Assembly (NCBI GenBank): GCA_963745075.1
Contig: CAVUWV010000027.1
Span: 32,001 to 96,000, forward strand
Source: Candidatus Hydrogenedentota bacterium
Lineage (GTDB): Bacteria; Hydrogenedentota; Hydrogenedentia; Hydrogenedentales; SLHB01
Reading direction: 5' to 3'
Length of the DNA: 64,000 nt
Positions 50,636 to 60,358 of this stretch are shown one piece after another (position 1 is the first letter of the stretch; every line of letters begins with the position of its first letter). Position numbers and translations under genes: made by a program. Below the pieces are notes generated by a model. That model was not told the DNA's origin, did not search any database, and worked only from the letters and a program-made list of their open reading frames with translations.

Positions 50636-52354
50636 TTAGAAACTGAATCCACCGCCGATGGCGGACAAGGCAGCGCCCTGAGACTTGTAGGTCGCGGAAA
50701 GCTGCTCGAGCTTGGAAAACTGCAATTTGAGCCGCTGTTCTTTCTGGGAAGCTCGATCTTCCAGCCGGGTGATCTGATCGTTTAGCGCAGTAAGTTGCTG
50801 ATCGATAATCCCGTTGCTGCGCACCCGCTCGTTCAGAAATCCTTTCGTACTGGTGGCCTCGTCCAGGTAGCTGTAAAAGAGATCCGCAATACCCGTCTTT
50901 CCGGAATTGGAGAACAGGTCCTCCACGTTGCCCCGGTTCGTACGAAGGGCCTCGCGGAACGCGTCTTCATCAATCTGAAGTTCCGAAACGCTGCTCGAAT
51001 CGAAACTGTCGCCCGTCGAGAGCCCGACCTGGGTCAGCGTCTTGAACGTGCCACTGATCCCGGTCACCGTGCTGAACACGTTCGAGCGTAAGAAGTCTTC
51101 GATGAATCGGATCGAACTGTCGTTCTCCAGCAGACCACCCTGGCCGACCACGTCACGAATGGCGGCAACCGATTTGTTGTATTCCTCCACAAAACTTTGA
51201 ACGTCCGCGAGAATGGCGTCATCGTCCACGGATACCGTCACCGTGCTGGAGCCCACGCTTTGCAGGTTCAGCGTAACGCCGCCAATAGCATCAGAAACTT
51301 CATTCGTGTTGCGCGTCAGCGTGGCGCCGCCGTTAATGGCGAATTGGGAATCGTTTCCCGCGGTTTGTGTCGCCGTCGTCAGATTCGTCACGTCAAGGAA
51401 GTTACTCGTGTCGGAGGTGAAATTGATCGTCCGGCTACCCAACGTATCGGAGACGACGCGAATCGTGTCCGAGGATGTATCGTAGCTCGCCGTGACGCCG
51501 GCGTCACTGTCGTTGATCTTTCCCAGAATGTCGGAGACCGAATCAACCGTCGCATCCACATTGATCGAAACGCCGTTGACCCGGAAGCTCCCCGAGGTCA
51601 CGGCCCCGCCGGCGAAACTCACCGTATTGAGCGCGTCCGTTGCGTCGATGGCGCCGAGGTTTCGGGTGCTTGTCACTTCGGTGGATCCGCTGCCGTTGGT
51701 CGTTTGGGTAGCCTGATTGACGCGAATGACCTGCAGAAAATTGCTGTCGTCATCTGTCGCGCCGAAGTTGATCACACTGGTGTCGCTCGCCGCCGTATTC
51801 TCGACGGTGACCTGATCCGTGGTCGCGTTGTATGTGGCCGTCACGCCCGCAGTACTCGAGTTGATCGCCGAAAGAATGGAATTGAGACTGTCGGTCGTCG
51901 GGTCCACATTGAATTGCACGCCGTTGATCGTGAAAGTTCCCGTATCGATCGGCGTGGTAATCCCACTGTTCTCAAGTGTGGCGTTCGGATCGATGGGACT
52001 CCCCAACGATGCGCCGCTGCTGGCCACCGTCGCGCTCGCGAGCTGTGTCACGTTGATGCTGTACGAACCGGATACCGGCGACGAACTGGAGATTTCCGCC
52101 GTCAGCACGGATTCCTCGCTCGAGGTGGCTGCGAATTGACGGAAGATGTTGTTGAATTGGAAATCCTGGGCGCGATTCCGCAGGTCGGTCAGCGTCGTTC
52201 GCAGATCGCGAATCGCGCTTCGCTTTTGCGTGAGTTGCGAGACGCGATCCTGAAGCCGCAGGATCGGCTGCCGCTCCAGTTGGATCAACTGCTTAATGAT
52301 GCTGTTGGTGTCGAGGCCGGTGATGAGCCCGCCTACGCTGAAACTCCCACTCAT
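50636..52354 (-). CDS. fliD: Flagellar filament cap protein FliD
   Basis: GLITGLDTNSIIKQL, YSINVTQLA, two flagellin-IN-like repeats, FVEEYN, LKLQFSKLE. Confidence 0.93.
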   Translation of the reverse strand: MSGSFSVGGLITGLDTNSIIKQLIQLERQPILRLQDRVSQLTQKRSAIRDLRTTLTDLRNRAQDFQFNNIFRQFAATSSEESVLTAEISSSSPVSGSYSINVTQLASATVASSGASLGSPIDPNATLENSGITTPIDTGTFTINGVQFNVDPTTDSLNSILSAINSSTAGVTATYNATTDQVTVENTAASDTSVINFGATDDDSNFLQVIRVNQATQTTNGSGSTEVTSTRNLGAIDATDALNTVSFAGGAVTSGSFRVNGVSINVDATVDSVSDILGKINDSDAGVTASYDTSSDTIRVVSDTLGSRTINFTSDTSNFLDVTNLTTATQTAGNDSQFAINGGATLTRNTNEVSDAIGGVTLNLQSVGSSTVTVSVDDDAILADVQSFVEEYNKSVAAIRDVVGQGGLLENDSSIRFIEDFLRSNVFSTVTGISGTFKTLTQVGLSTGDSFDSSSVSELQIDEDAFREALRTNRGNVEDLFSNSGKTGIADLFYSYLDEATSTKGFLNERVRSNGIIDQQLTALNDQITRLEDRASQKEQRLKLQFSKLEQLSATYKSQGAALSAIGGGFSF

Positions 52355-52470
52355 CGCGTCACTCCCAAGCCATTCCACAGTCTATCAGCGGTCTAGCTCT
52401 TGCGCCATCCATCCGTGGGGTTCGCCGCTGCCTTCCCCGCCCCGTCCAGGGGCACTTTCCGTCTCGCACT

Positions 52471-52498
52471 TTATCGGCACCCATGCCACAAACCTTTA
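52471..52498 (-). promoter_or_regulatory. Sigma28 (FliA) promoter of fliD-fliS
   Basis: Minus strand reads TAAAG-N15-GCCGATAA, with a perfect -10 element. Confidence 0.9.
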
Positions 52499-52814
52499 GA
52501 AAAAATCGATAACGCCATTTCCCATTCAAAGTATATTTGGTAAAGACTTATATAACAATATTTTACGAAATTTTTGCACGTGGTGGCGATGCGAATATTT
52601 GCTAGACTTATTTCTGATTAAATGAGAAAAATGACTCAAGTAAATGTGTTTTTATTGATTTTTTATAGTATATACGGCATATGGCCCTCGCCGCATAACG
52701 CCATACCTCCGTTAGTATACTCCACTTCCAGCGCTCGCATCCCGGAACCTGCGTTGAACCCAAATCGCAAACCCGCTAGGCTTGCCGCAAGTAGCCTCGT
52801 ACGGGGAGAACGCA

Positions 52815-54285
52815 ATGCGCAACCTATCACGCCGGGAATTCATGGAGCGCGCCGCAGCGGGGCTTATGGCAACTGCGGCAGGCCAACGCGCCGAGGCCCA
52901 AAACGCGACGCCACGTCCGAAACGCAATTTCGTGGTCGTCATGTCGGACGAACACAATCCCCGCGTGTCGTCGGTGCACGGCCATCCCATGGTGCACACG
53001 CCGAATCTGGACCGGCTCGCCGCCCGAGGCACGGTTTACGAGAACATGTACTGTCCGTCCCCGCTTTGCATGCCGTGCCGGAGCGCATTTATGTCCGGCC
53101 GTCGCGTCCACGAGGTCCAGTGTTACAGCAACTGCAACGTGTTCCCCTTCGAATATCCATCCTATGGGCAGGTGCTGCGGGAGCAGGGGGTCCATACCGC
53201 CCACATCGGCAAAGTGGACGTGTACCGGCCCGGCGCGGAACTCGGGTTCTCGGAAATGCTGCTCCCCGGAGACCGAAAGCCCCCGGGGGACATCAACATT
53301 TCGCGAGACCCCCTGGCTATTCGCGCCGATGGGGCGTCCCGGGCGCACGGGTATGGCCCCCGCGACCGAAATCCTTTCGGCGGCGACGATCGCGTCGTGG
53401 AGCGGGCGCTGGACTGGTTGGCGACCCAGCCGGAGGTCCTCGACCAACCCTGGGTGCTCGTCGTGCAGATTGTAAAGCCCCACTTTCCCCACATCGTGAC
53501 GCAGGAGCTTGTGGGAGCTATATCCCGACGGGGGAGATTTGCCTGAATACGGACGCGACGTCGCCTCGGCCAACCATCCCTATGCAACGGATCTGCGTGC
53601 CCACTTCCAGACCGACCAATTCGCGGAAAAGGACATACGCGGCCTGCGCCGGGGATACCTGGGCTGCGTCACCTACGTGGATCGGCAATTGGGCCGGATT
53701 ATGAACGCCCTCGACGCCCAAGGACTTACCGATTCGACGACCCTGGCCTACACTTCCGACCATGGCGAGATGCTCGGAAAGTTCGGGATGTGGTGGAAAT
53801 GCAGCCTCTACGAAGACTCGGCCCGGGTGCCCTTGGTCATTGCCGGACCGGACATTCCCGCGGGGGCGCGGGTCCGCACTTCGGTGGACTCCCACGATCT
53901 GCGCGCGACGGTATTCAAAACCATGGGTGCGACCCAGCCCGCCGAATGGGCCGGCGTGCCGGTGGATACGCTCGAGCCCGACGACCCGAACCATGTCACG
54001 TTCTCCGAGTATCACGGACACGGCACACGTTCCGGCGCGTTCCTCATCCGCAAGGGCGAGTGGAAACTCATTTACTGCATGGCCGCGCCGCACCAGCTCT
54101 TCAATCTCGCGGAGGACCCCGGCGAACTGAACAATCTCGCCGGAGTCCATCCCGGAAAACTGAGCGAACTGGAGCAGGAACTCCGGGTTATCTGTTCGCC
54201 CGAACGGGAAAACGAGCGGGCCACCGAGTTTATCCAGCGTCAACTCGACGCCATCGCCGCCTTACGGGGCGCCGTCGCTACTTGA
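52815..54285 (+). CDS. Tat-exported sulfatase (choline-sulfatase-like); +1 frameshift at ~53510
   Basis: SRREFM Tat motif, MSDEH, TPNLDRLA, CMPCR (CxPxR) and KPHFP in 52782..53546; VDRQLG, YTSDHGEMLG, YEDSARVPL and DPGELNNL in 53509..54285. Confidence 0.88.
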
Positions 54286-54607
54286 TATTGAATTGTTTGA
54301 CAATGCTGCCGAGTTCGTCCGTCTTCTTAGGATGCGTACTGATGATCGTTACTTTGCCGTCCGGCGCAAACGCCACCGCATAGGCCATCCAGGAGTACCC
54401 GGCTCCCGAATCCATCACGGGCACGACCGTATAGGCACCGCCCGATCCGTACGATCCCTGCGCCTGAACCGAAGACGACATGGTCGCGACGGCTGCGGGC
54501 GAAGTAGTCTGCGCCTTCGCCACCGGGAGCGTTTGGGATACCACCGCGCCGAGAAGGGCCGAAAACATACAAAGGGCCAGTACGAGCAATGTCCGAGTCA
54601 GTTTCAT
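54278..54607 (-). CDS. Small exported hypothetical protein
   Basis: Signal peptide ending AKA-Q; GGAGA RBS. Confidence 0.65.
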   Translation of the reverse strand: MKLTRTLLVLALCMFSALLGAVVSQTLPVAKAQTTSPAAVATMSSSVQAQGSYGSGGAYTVVPVMDSGAGYSWMAYAVAFAPDGKVTIISTHPKKTDELGSIVKQFNIK

Positions 54608-54939
54608 CGTGCATTCTCCTGTAGTGCGTTGGCCTGCGGGAACGCGATGACATCAGCCAACGGTCCCCACCGGCGAAAACGGTTCCCGAAACAGTAGTCC
54701 CACAGCCGAAATCGGATTCGGCTGAACCCTATACTACCTTGCAGTTCATTCCCTACGGAAGCCTCATACCGGAACAACTCCAGGTTGTGTTGCCGGTACG
54801 AGGAACGTAAACTATGGGCTGCGCGTGCCCATCGCTGCCGCCCGCAGGGTGTCTCGTGCGGGGAAGGGGTGGGCGCGATACAATCACCGTCGTTGCGGCG
54901 GGGTACTTCCGCCGCAAAGCCAATCAGGAGCGTTTTTCA

Positions 54940-55479
54940 GTGTCCGAATCCGAGAGTGCCAACGTGCCCAATGAACTGGAACCTGCAGTGTCGCCCGCGA
55001 AGAAGGCGGACAAGAGCGTTTTGGCCAAAGGATGCGCCATTGGTTGCGGCGTCCTCATTGTCCTTGGGATTTTCGGCGGAATCGGCGGATACTTCTTGAT
55101 ATCGTCCTTAATGGGCAAAGTCGGCAGCGCCATGGCCAAACAGTTGGCGGAAGATTTTTCTGTGATGAAGGACAGCGGGGAAGTTCCCAGCGAGGACGTT
55201 GATCTGTACCAGAAATTGGTCGACATTTCGCAGCATCCGGAAACGACCTTTGCCGGCGCGCTGCTGACGACCACCGTGGTAAACAGCAACCTGGAGGACG
55301 GTAAGGTCGATGAATCCGAACGGCAAGAAGCCGAGGACACCCTCAACTTTCTCAAAGAACACCCCGACGCCGGTGTGTTCGCCGTCGACGCGTTCATGAA
55401 GAAGCATGAAGGGCTTAAAGAACGCGCCGAGAAGGTGCAACGAGGGATGAATCCCAGCACCCTCTTCGCGCCGAAATAG
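54940..55479 (+). CDS. Hypothetical single-pass membrane protein (paralog of the next gene)
   Basis: AGGAG RBS before GTG 54940; KGCAIGCGVLIV TM segment. Confidence 0.7.
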   Translation: MSESESANVPNELEPAVSPAKKADKSVLAKGCAIGCGVLIVLGIFGGIGGYFLISSLMGKVGSAMAKQLAEDFSVMKDSGEVPSEDVDLYQKLVDISQHPETTFAGALLTTTVVNSNLEDGKVDESERQEAEDTLNFLKEHPDAGVFAVDAFMKKHEGLKERAEKVQRGMNPSTLFAPK

Positions 55480-55509
55480 ATTGCGCGCCCAGGGACGGGA
55501 GCCGTCGTC

Positions 55510-56022
55510 ATGACCGAAGAACCGCGCCCCAATTCCCCGAAACGCCGTACCTGCGTTGCCGGCTGTCTAATCCTTTTGGCGCTCGCGATCGTATTGGGCG
55601 CCATCATATTCTTCATGTTGAGCGGGTTCCTGGGTACGGTGGACCGGATGTCGAAAGATACCGTCGCTGCCGACCTCTCGATACGCTACGATCAGTTGAA
55701 GGCCTCGAACACGATTCCACCCGAGCACGAGGCGCTGTTCGGTCGCTTGTACGCCCTTTCACAGCGTACAACAACCTCGTTGGGCGCCGTCGTGTTGATC
55801 CGTGTGGCCTTTGAACAGGTGTCGAACGACGGGGCCGTCAATCCAAAGAACCTGGAATTCGTCCGAGATGTCGATAAGCTGGTCGGTGACCAAGGAAACG
55901 TAAACATCCGTCAGTTCGAGGGCTTTCTCGATGCCCATCCCGCCATTCGGGACGAGGTCGACGCGTACGTCGAAAAGACGATGAACATGGAAAAACCGGA
56001 ACCCAACCCGGTCGCCGAATGA
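55510..56022 (+). CDS. Hypothetical single-pass membrane protein
   Basis: TCVAGCLILL TM segment; soluble part aligns by eye with the upstream ORF. Confidence 0.72.
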   Translation: MTEEPRPNSPKRRTCVAGCLILLALAIVLGAIIFFMLSGFLGTVDRMSKDTVAADLSIRYDQLKASNTIPPEHEALFGRLYALSQRTTTSLGAVVLIRVAFEQVSNDGAVNPKNLEFVRDVDKLVGDQGNVNIRQFEGFLDAHPAIRDEVDAYVEKTMNMEKPEPNPVAE

Positions 56023-56038
56023 GCGATTCGACCTCTAC

Positions 56039-57535
56039 TCAATTGCGCCAGAACCCCGGCATGAACAGCACCAGGATGGCAATCATTTCAAGGCGTCCTA
56101 GCAACATCGTGAGCGACAAGAACATGGTTCCCGGCGCGCCGATGAGGTGATAGTCCCGGATCGCCCCCACGTGTTCCAGCCCCGGGCCGATATTATTGAG
56201 CGTGGCAATCATCGCGCTGAACGCACTTTCAAAGGGCAGGCCCAGCCAGGACAAGTACAGGCATCCGAACAGGAACCACATGGCGTAGAGGTAAATGAAC
56301 GCCGCGGTTCGACGCTGCACGTCGTCGCTCACCACTTCCCCGTCAATTCGCAAGGGCCGGACCGTCTTCGGCCGGAAGGTCGATTCCAATCGCCAATACA
56401 CCACCTTGAACATCATCAGTACCCGGACGACCTTGATGCCGCTTCCCGTTGAGCCCGCGCATCCCCCGAAGATCATGATTACGATCAACATCATTCGCGA
56501 AAAAAACGGCCAACGATCGAAGTTTTCCGTCACGAATCCGGTCGTGGTCATACACGAAACCACGTGAAACGACGCAATGCGAAATGAATGAGCCAGATTA
56601 TGGGCTTCGTGGCTTTCGATCGGCTTGTAGCTCTGGCCTTCGTCGGGGAATTGGCCTTCCACTCCCGCAAGATTCACCGCGATGAGGATCGTCGCCAACG
56701 CGAGAATACCGATATACAGCCGCCACTCCGAATCTTTCCAGAGCGCTTTCCAGTTGCCCATGCCCATCTCGGCAAAGAGGGCGAAGTTGGTTCCGCCGAC
56801 GACCATGCACGCGATCAGAATGATTTCGATGGGCAGGCTCTCAAAGGCGGCCGCGCTGGCTTGGCGATTCGAAAACCCGCCCGTGGCCAATCCGCCGAAG
56901 GTATGACACAGCGCTTCGAAGAGGTTCATCCCGGCAAGCATGAGCGCAACCGTAAACAGGACCGTAAAGGCGCAGTATATCTTCACGATCAGGCTGGCGT
57001 TTTTGCGAAAACGCGGGCGCAAGCGGCTTGGTGACGGCCCCGTTGCCTCCGATTTGGCGATGAGTTTCCCGCCCGCGCCGAAATACGGCAACACCGCCAC
57101 GAACATGATGACAATACCGATGCCGCCGATCCAGTGCGTGAACGACCGCCAGAACAAGATGCTCTTTTCCAGCGCCTCGATGTTTGCGATGACCGTGCAT
57201 CCCGACGTCGTGAACCCCGAGGCACTCTCGAAGTACGCGTCGACGAATCCTAGAGACCCCGCGAAATAGAAAGGCAGCGCCCCCAAGGCGCTGGTGAGAA
57301 TCCATGATATACCGACCAGGCCCACCGCTTCGCGCTCAAAAATCCGGTTGGGTGCGTTTTTCCCGAGGTAACGAAGGACTAAACCCAGGACACAGGACAC
57401 GGCACTGGAAAGGAGCAGCGACTCGATCGCGTGCAATTCGCCAAAGTATACGGCCCAGCCGACGGAGGGTAGCATCGCAACACCCACCGCGATGCAGATG
57501 AACCCGAGATACCGTGCAATGAGCTTGTAGTTCAT
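56039..57535 (-). CDS. trkH: Trk system potassium uptake protein (copy 1)
   Basis: GALPF, FESASGFTTSG, WIGGIGI, LATGGFS, GGCAGSTGSGIK, NNIGPG, MLLGRLE. Confidence 0.95.
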   Translation of the reverse strand: MNYKLIARYLGFICIAVGVAMLPSVGWAVYFGELHAIESLLLSSAVSCVLGLVLRYLGKNAPNRIFEREAVGLVGISWILTSALGALPFYFAGSLGFVDAYFESASGFTTSGCTVIANIEALEKSILFWRSFTHWIGGIGIVIMFVAVLPYFGAGGKLIAKSEATGPSPSRLRPRFRKNASLIVKIYCAFTVLFTVALMLAGMNLFEALCHTFGGLATGGFSNRQASAAAFESLPIEIILIACMVVGGTNFALFAEMGMGNWKALWKDSEWRLYIGILALATILIAVNLAGVEGQFPDEGQSYKPIESHEAHNLAHSFRIASFHVVSCMTTTGFVTENFDRWPFFSRMMLIVIMIFGGCAGSTGSGIKVVRVLMMFKVVYWRLESTFRPKTVRPLRIDGEVVSDDVQRRTAAFIYLYAMWFLFGCLYLSWLGLPFESAFSAMIATLNNIGPGLEHVGAIRDYHLIGAPGTMFLSLTMLLGRLEMIAILVLFMPGFWRN

Positions 57536-57612
57536 AACGTCAGCGCTTGGGAACGTGTCGGCGTCAAAGCATTATTCCCTATGAATGCCCACTCTGGATC
57601 GTGCACTATTCC

Positions 57613-57808
57613 GGAATTCTCACACGCCCCAACCGTCGGGTGTGTAACCTTAGTCCGCTGCGAGACTTCACATAGGAATCCGAACTTATTGGGTTCACAG
57701 AGTGCGTGTGAGAATTCCTCAACAATGAGCCTACAGTTTTTCTCGAAAGCATTTCTCACCGCGCCCAAAGTATCGGTCCTCAACACGAAGACTTTCGGGC
57801 GGTGAGAA
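57613..57808. repeat. Two related REP-like inverted-repeat units between the trkH copies
   Basis: GGAATTCTCACACGC (57613-27) / GCGTGTGAGAATTCC (57704-18), perfect; TTCTCACCGC (57753-62) / GCGGTGAGAA (57799-808). Confidence 0.8.
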
Positions 57809-57815
57809 TTGCGGA

Positions 57816-59312
57816 CTACTTTCGCCAGAACGACGGCATGAAAAGCACCAATATAGTGACCAATTCCAACCGGCCCAGCAACATCGTCAACGATAGAAAC
57901 GCGATTCCTGCCGGTCCGATCAAATGAAAGTCGCGCACGGCCCCGACGAATTCCAGTCCCGGCCCGCAGTTGTTCTGGCAGGCCGTCATCGCGCTGACCG
58001 CACTGTCGAACGGCAGTCCGTATAATGACAAGAATAAACAGCCGAACACGAACCATCCAATGTACAAGACGAGAAACGTGAAGGCGCGATTCTGGATGGT
58101 TTCGTTGACAATCTCGCCGTTAATTCGAAGCGGCCGGATGGTTTTCGGACGAAACGTGGATTCCAGCCGATGATACGCAAGCTTCACATACATCAATAAC
58201 CGTAGGACTTTGATTCCGCTCGAGGTCGATCCCGCACTACCGCCAATCACCATCACGATAACGAGCATCATCCGCGAGAAAAACGGCCATCGGTCAAAGT
58301 CGTCCGTCACGTACCCGGTATCGGTCATACAGGAGACCACCTGGAAGGCGGCCACCCGCGCCGCGTGGCCGGCGGTGTAATGTTGTGCTTCAGGAATTGG
58401 TCTGTACGGCTCTCCCCCGTGTGGGAATCGTCCCTCCACACCGGTCAAATTCAACGTGACCAGCGCCGTGGCGACGACCAGGATACCGATGTACAACCGC
58501 CACTCCGTATCCTTCCAAAGGGCGTGGCGCTCGCCCAGCCACATCGAGGCGAACAGCCCGAAATTAGTCCCACCGATCACCATGAACACGATAATCACGA
58601 TCTCGATAGGCAGACTGTTGAACTCCCCGATACTGCCTTGACGGCTCGAAAATCCCCCCGTCGCCAGCCCGCCGAACGCGTGAATCATCGCGTCAAACAC
58701 GTTCATCCCGGCCCACATTAACGCCACGATGTTTAGCACGGTGAATGCAAGATAGATTTTGAAAATAAGCGTTGCGCTCTCGCGGAACCGAGGGAGTGGC
58801 CGGCTCGCCGTCGGTCCCGTCGTTTCGGACCTGACGATCAGCTTTCCGCCGGCCCCGATATACGGCAGCACGGCGATGAAAAGAATGACGATGCCGATAC
58901 CGCCCAGCCAATGGGTGAACGACCGCCAGAAGAGGATGCTTTTGTCGATGCTTTCGATATCGGTCAGGACCGTTGAGCCGGTGGTGGTGAAGCCCGAGAC
59001 ACTTTCGAAGTATGCCTCATTGATTCCCAAGACTCCGCTGAAGATGAAAGGCAACGCGCCGAGGGCACTGGTGATGATCCAGGTAAATCCGACGAGGCCG
59101 ATAGCTTCGCGCTCGAATATTTTCGTGACCGCGTGACGGCCCCACCAGCGGAGGCCAAGGCCCAGCGTGAGCGAAATAACGGCGGAAAGCAGCAGACTCT
59201 CAAGCGAGTGCAGCTCGCCGTAATACATCGCCCATCCGACGGAAGGCAACATGGCGACGCCGATGGCCATGCAAATCAGGCCAAGGTATTGCGCCATGAT
59301 GCGATAATTCAT
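57816..59312 (-). CDS. trkH: Trk system potassium uptake protein (copy 2)
   Basis: FESVSGFTTTGST, WLGGIGI, LATGGFS, GGSAGSTSSGIK, NNCGPG, MLLGRLE; same length as copy 1. Confidence 0.95.
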   Translation of the reverse strand: MNYRIMAQYLGLICMAIGVAMLPSVGWAMYYGELHSLESLLLSAVISLTLGLGLRWWGRHAVTKIFEREAIGLVGFTWIITSALGALPFIFSGVLGINEAYFESVSGFTTTGSTVLTDIESIDKSILFWRSFTHWLGGIGIVILFIAVLPYIGAGGKLIVRSETTGPTASRPLPRFRESATLIFKIYLAFTVLNIVALMWAGMNVFDAMIHAFGGLATGGFSSRQGSIGEFNSLPIEIVIIVFMVIGGTNFGLFASMWLGERHALWKDTEWRLYIGILVVATALVTLNLTGVEGRFPHGGEPYRPIPEAQHYTAGHAARVAAFQVVSCMTDTGYVTDDFDRWPFFSRMMLVIVMVIGGSAGSTSSGIKVLRLLMYVKLAYHRLESTFRPKTIRPLRINGEIVNETIQNRAFTFLVLYIGWFVFGCLFLSLYGLPFDSAVSAMTACQNNCGPGLEFVGAVRDFHLIGPAGIAFLSLTMLLGRLELVTILVLFMPSFWRK

Positions 59313-59352
59313 TTCGTCCGCGCTCCAACGTCACCGAAAGGACCGTTCCCGA

Positions 59353-60327
59353 TCAGGAACCGGGTATCAGCACAACCTTGCCGACACTTCTCCGATCGGA
59401 TACGAATTGCTGCGCCTCGGCCGCAGCGGATAAGGGAAACTGGTGTTTGGCCACGATCCGTAATTTGCCTTTCGCAAGCCATTGCTGCAGATCCTCGAGG
59501 GCGTGGCCCATGGCTTCCAGGTCAGTCGCGTACGCCATCAGATGGAAGCCGGACACGGTAAGGTTTCCGGCCAGCAATTGGACCGCATTGACGGTCGCAG
59601 GTTCGCGACTGGCCAGCCCGAGGGTAATCAACCGGCCGCGCGTGCGTACGCATCGCAGGCTCTTGTCAAACACCTCGCCGCCGACCGACTCGACGACCAG
59701 ATCGCACCCCGCATTGCCGGTGATCCGTTTGACCTCCTGCGCGAAATCCCGCTTCGTGTAGTTGATGGGGTGGTCGCAACCCAACTCGGTTAGAAGATCG
59801 CATTTCTCCTGCGTGCTGCATGTGCCGATAATGGTGGCCCCCACGTTCTTGGCAATTTGAACCATGAGCGTGCCGAGACCCCCGGCCGCGGCCTGAAGCA
59901 GGACCACCTGGCCTTCTTGCAGCCCGCCCAGGGTCCGTAGCGCATGATACGCCGTCAGGTATTGACATGGGACCGCTGCGGCCGCCGCGAAATCCAGCGC
60001 CTCGGGTTTCGGCAACAGGCGAGCACTCTCTGCCATCACGTACTCGCTGTAGCCGCTTTCGCAAAACCCCATCACCGCGTCCCCAACCTTCCAGGTTCCG
60101 CCTTCGCCGGCCACCGCGTCGACGACACCGGCGATTTCAAATCCCGCGCCGAACGGCGGTTTCGGTCCGTTCGGATAGAGTCCTTCACGTTGCATGATGT
60201 CGGCGTAGTTTAAGCCCGACGCCTGAACCTTGATCCGAACCTGTCCCTCGGACGGCTCCGGCATCGGCGCTTCTTGTACGTCCAACACCTCGGGTCCGCC
60301 GAACTTGGTAACGATGACTGTTTGCAT
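59353..60327 (-). CDS. qor: NADPH:quinone oxidoreductase (zeta-crystallin/MDR family)
   Basis: FGGPEVL, GLNYADIMQREGLYP, AAAGGLG, ESVGG, GKVVL. Confidence 0.88.
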   Translation of the reverse strand: MQTVIVTKFGGPEVLDVQEAPMPEPSEGQVRIKVQASGLNYADIMQREGLYPNGPKPPFGAGFEIAGVVDAVAGEGGTWKVGDAVMGFCESGYSEYVMAESARLLPKPEALDFAAAAAVPCQYLTAYHALRTLGGLQEGQVVLLQAAAGGLGTLMVQIAKNVGATIIGTCSTQEKCDLLTELGCDHPINYTKRDFAQEVKRITGNAGCDLVVESVGGEVFDKSLRCVRTRGRLITLGLASREPATVNAVQLLAGNLTVSGFHLMAYATDLEAMGHALEDLQQWLAKGKLRIVAKHQFPLSAAAEAQQFVSDRRSVGKVVLIPGS

Positions 60328-60358
60328 AATGGATTTCCCCGTTTGATGAGTGTTTGTT

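Noticed and set aside
52495..52685. Replication origin near parAB
   Set aside because: No TTATCCACA-type DnaA boxes were seen, and no dnaA or dnaN is in the window.
53500..53520. Split sulfatase as two genes, or recoding
   Set aside because: Removing one T (CTTGTGG to CTGTGG) restores QELWELY and a full-length sulfatase. This matches the indel pattern seen elsewhere in the window.
56555..56572. parS site (…CACGTGAAAC)
   Set aside because: Only one half matches the TGTTTCACGTGAAACA palindrome, and it lies inside trkH.
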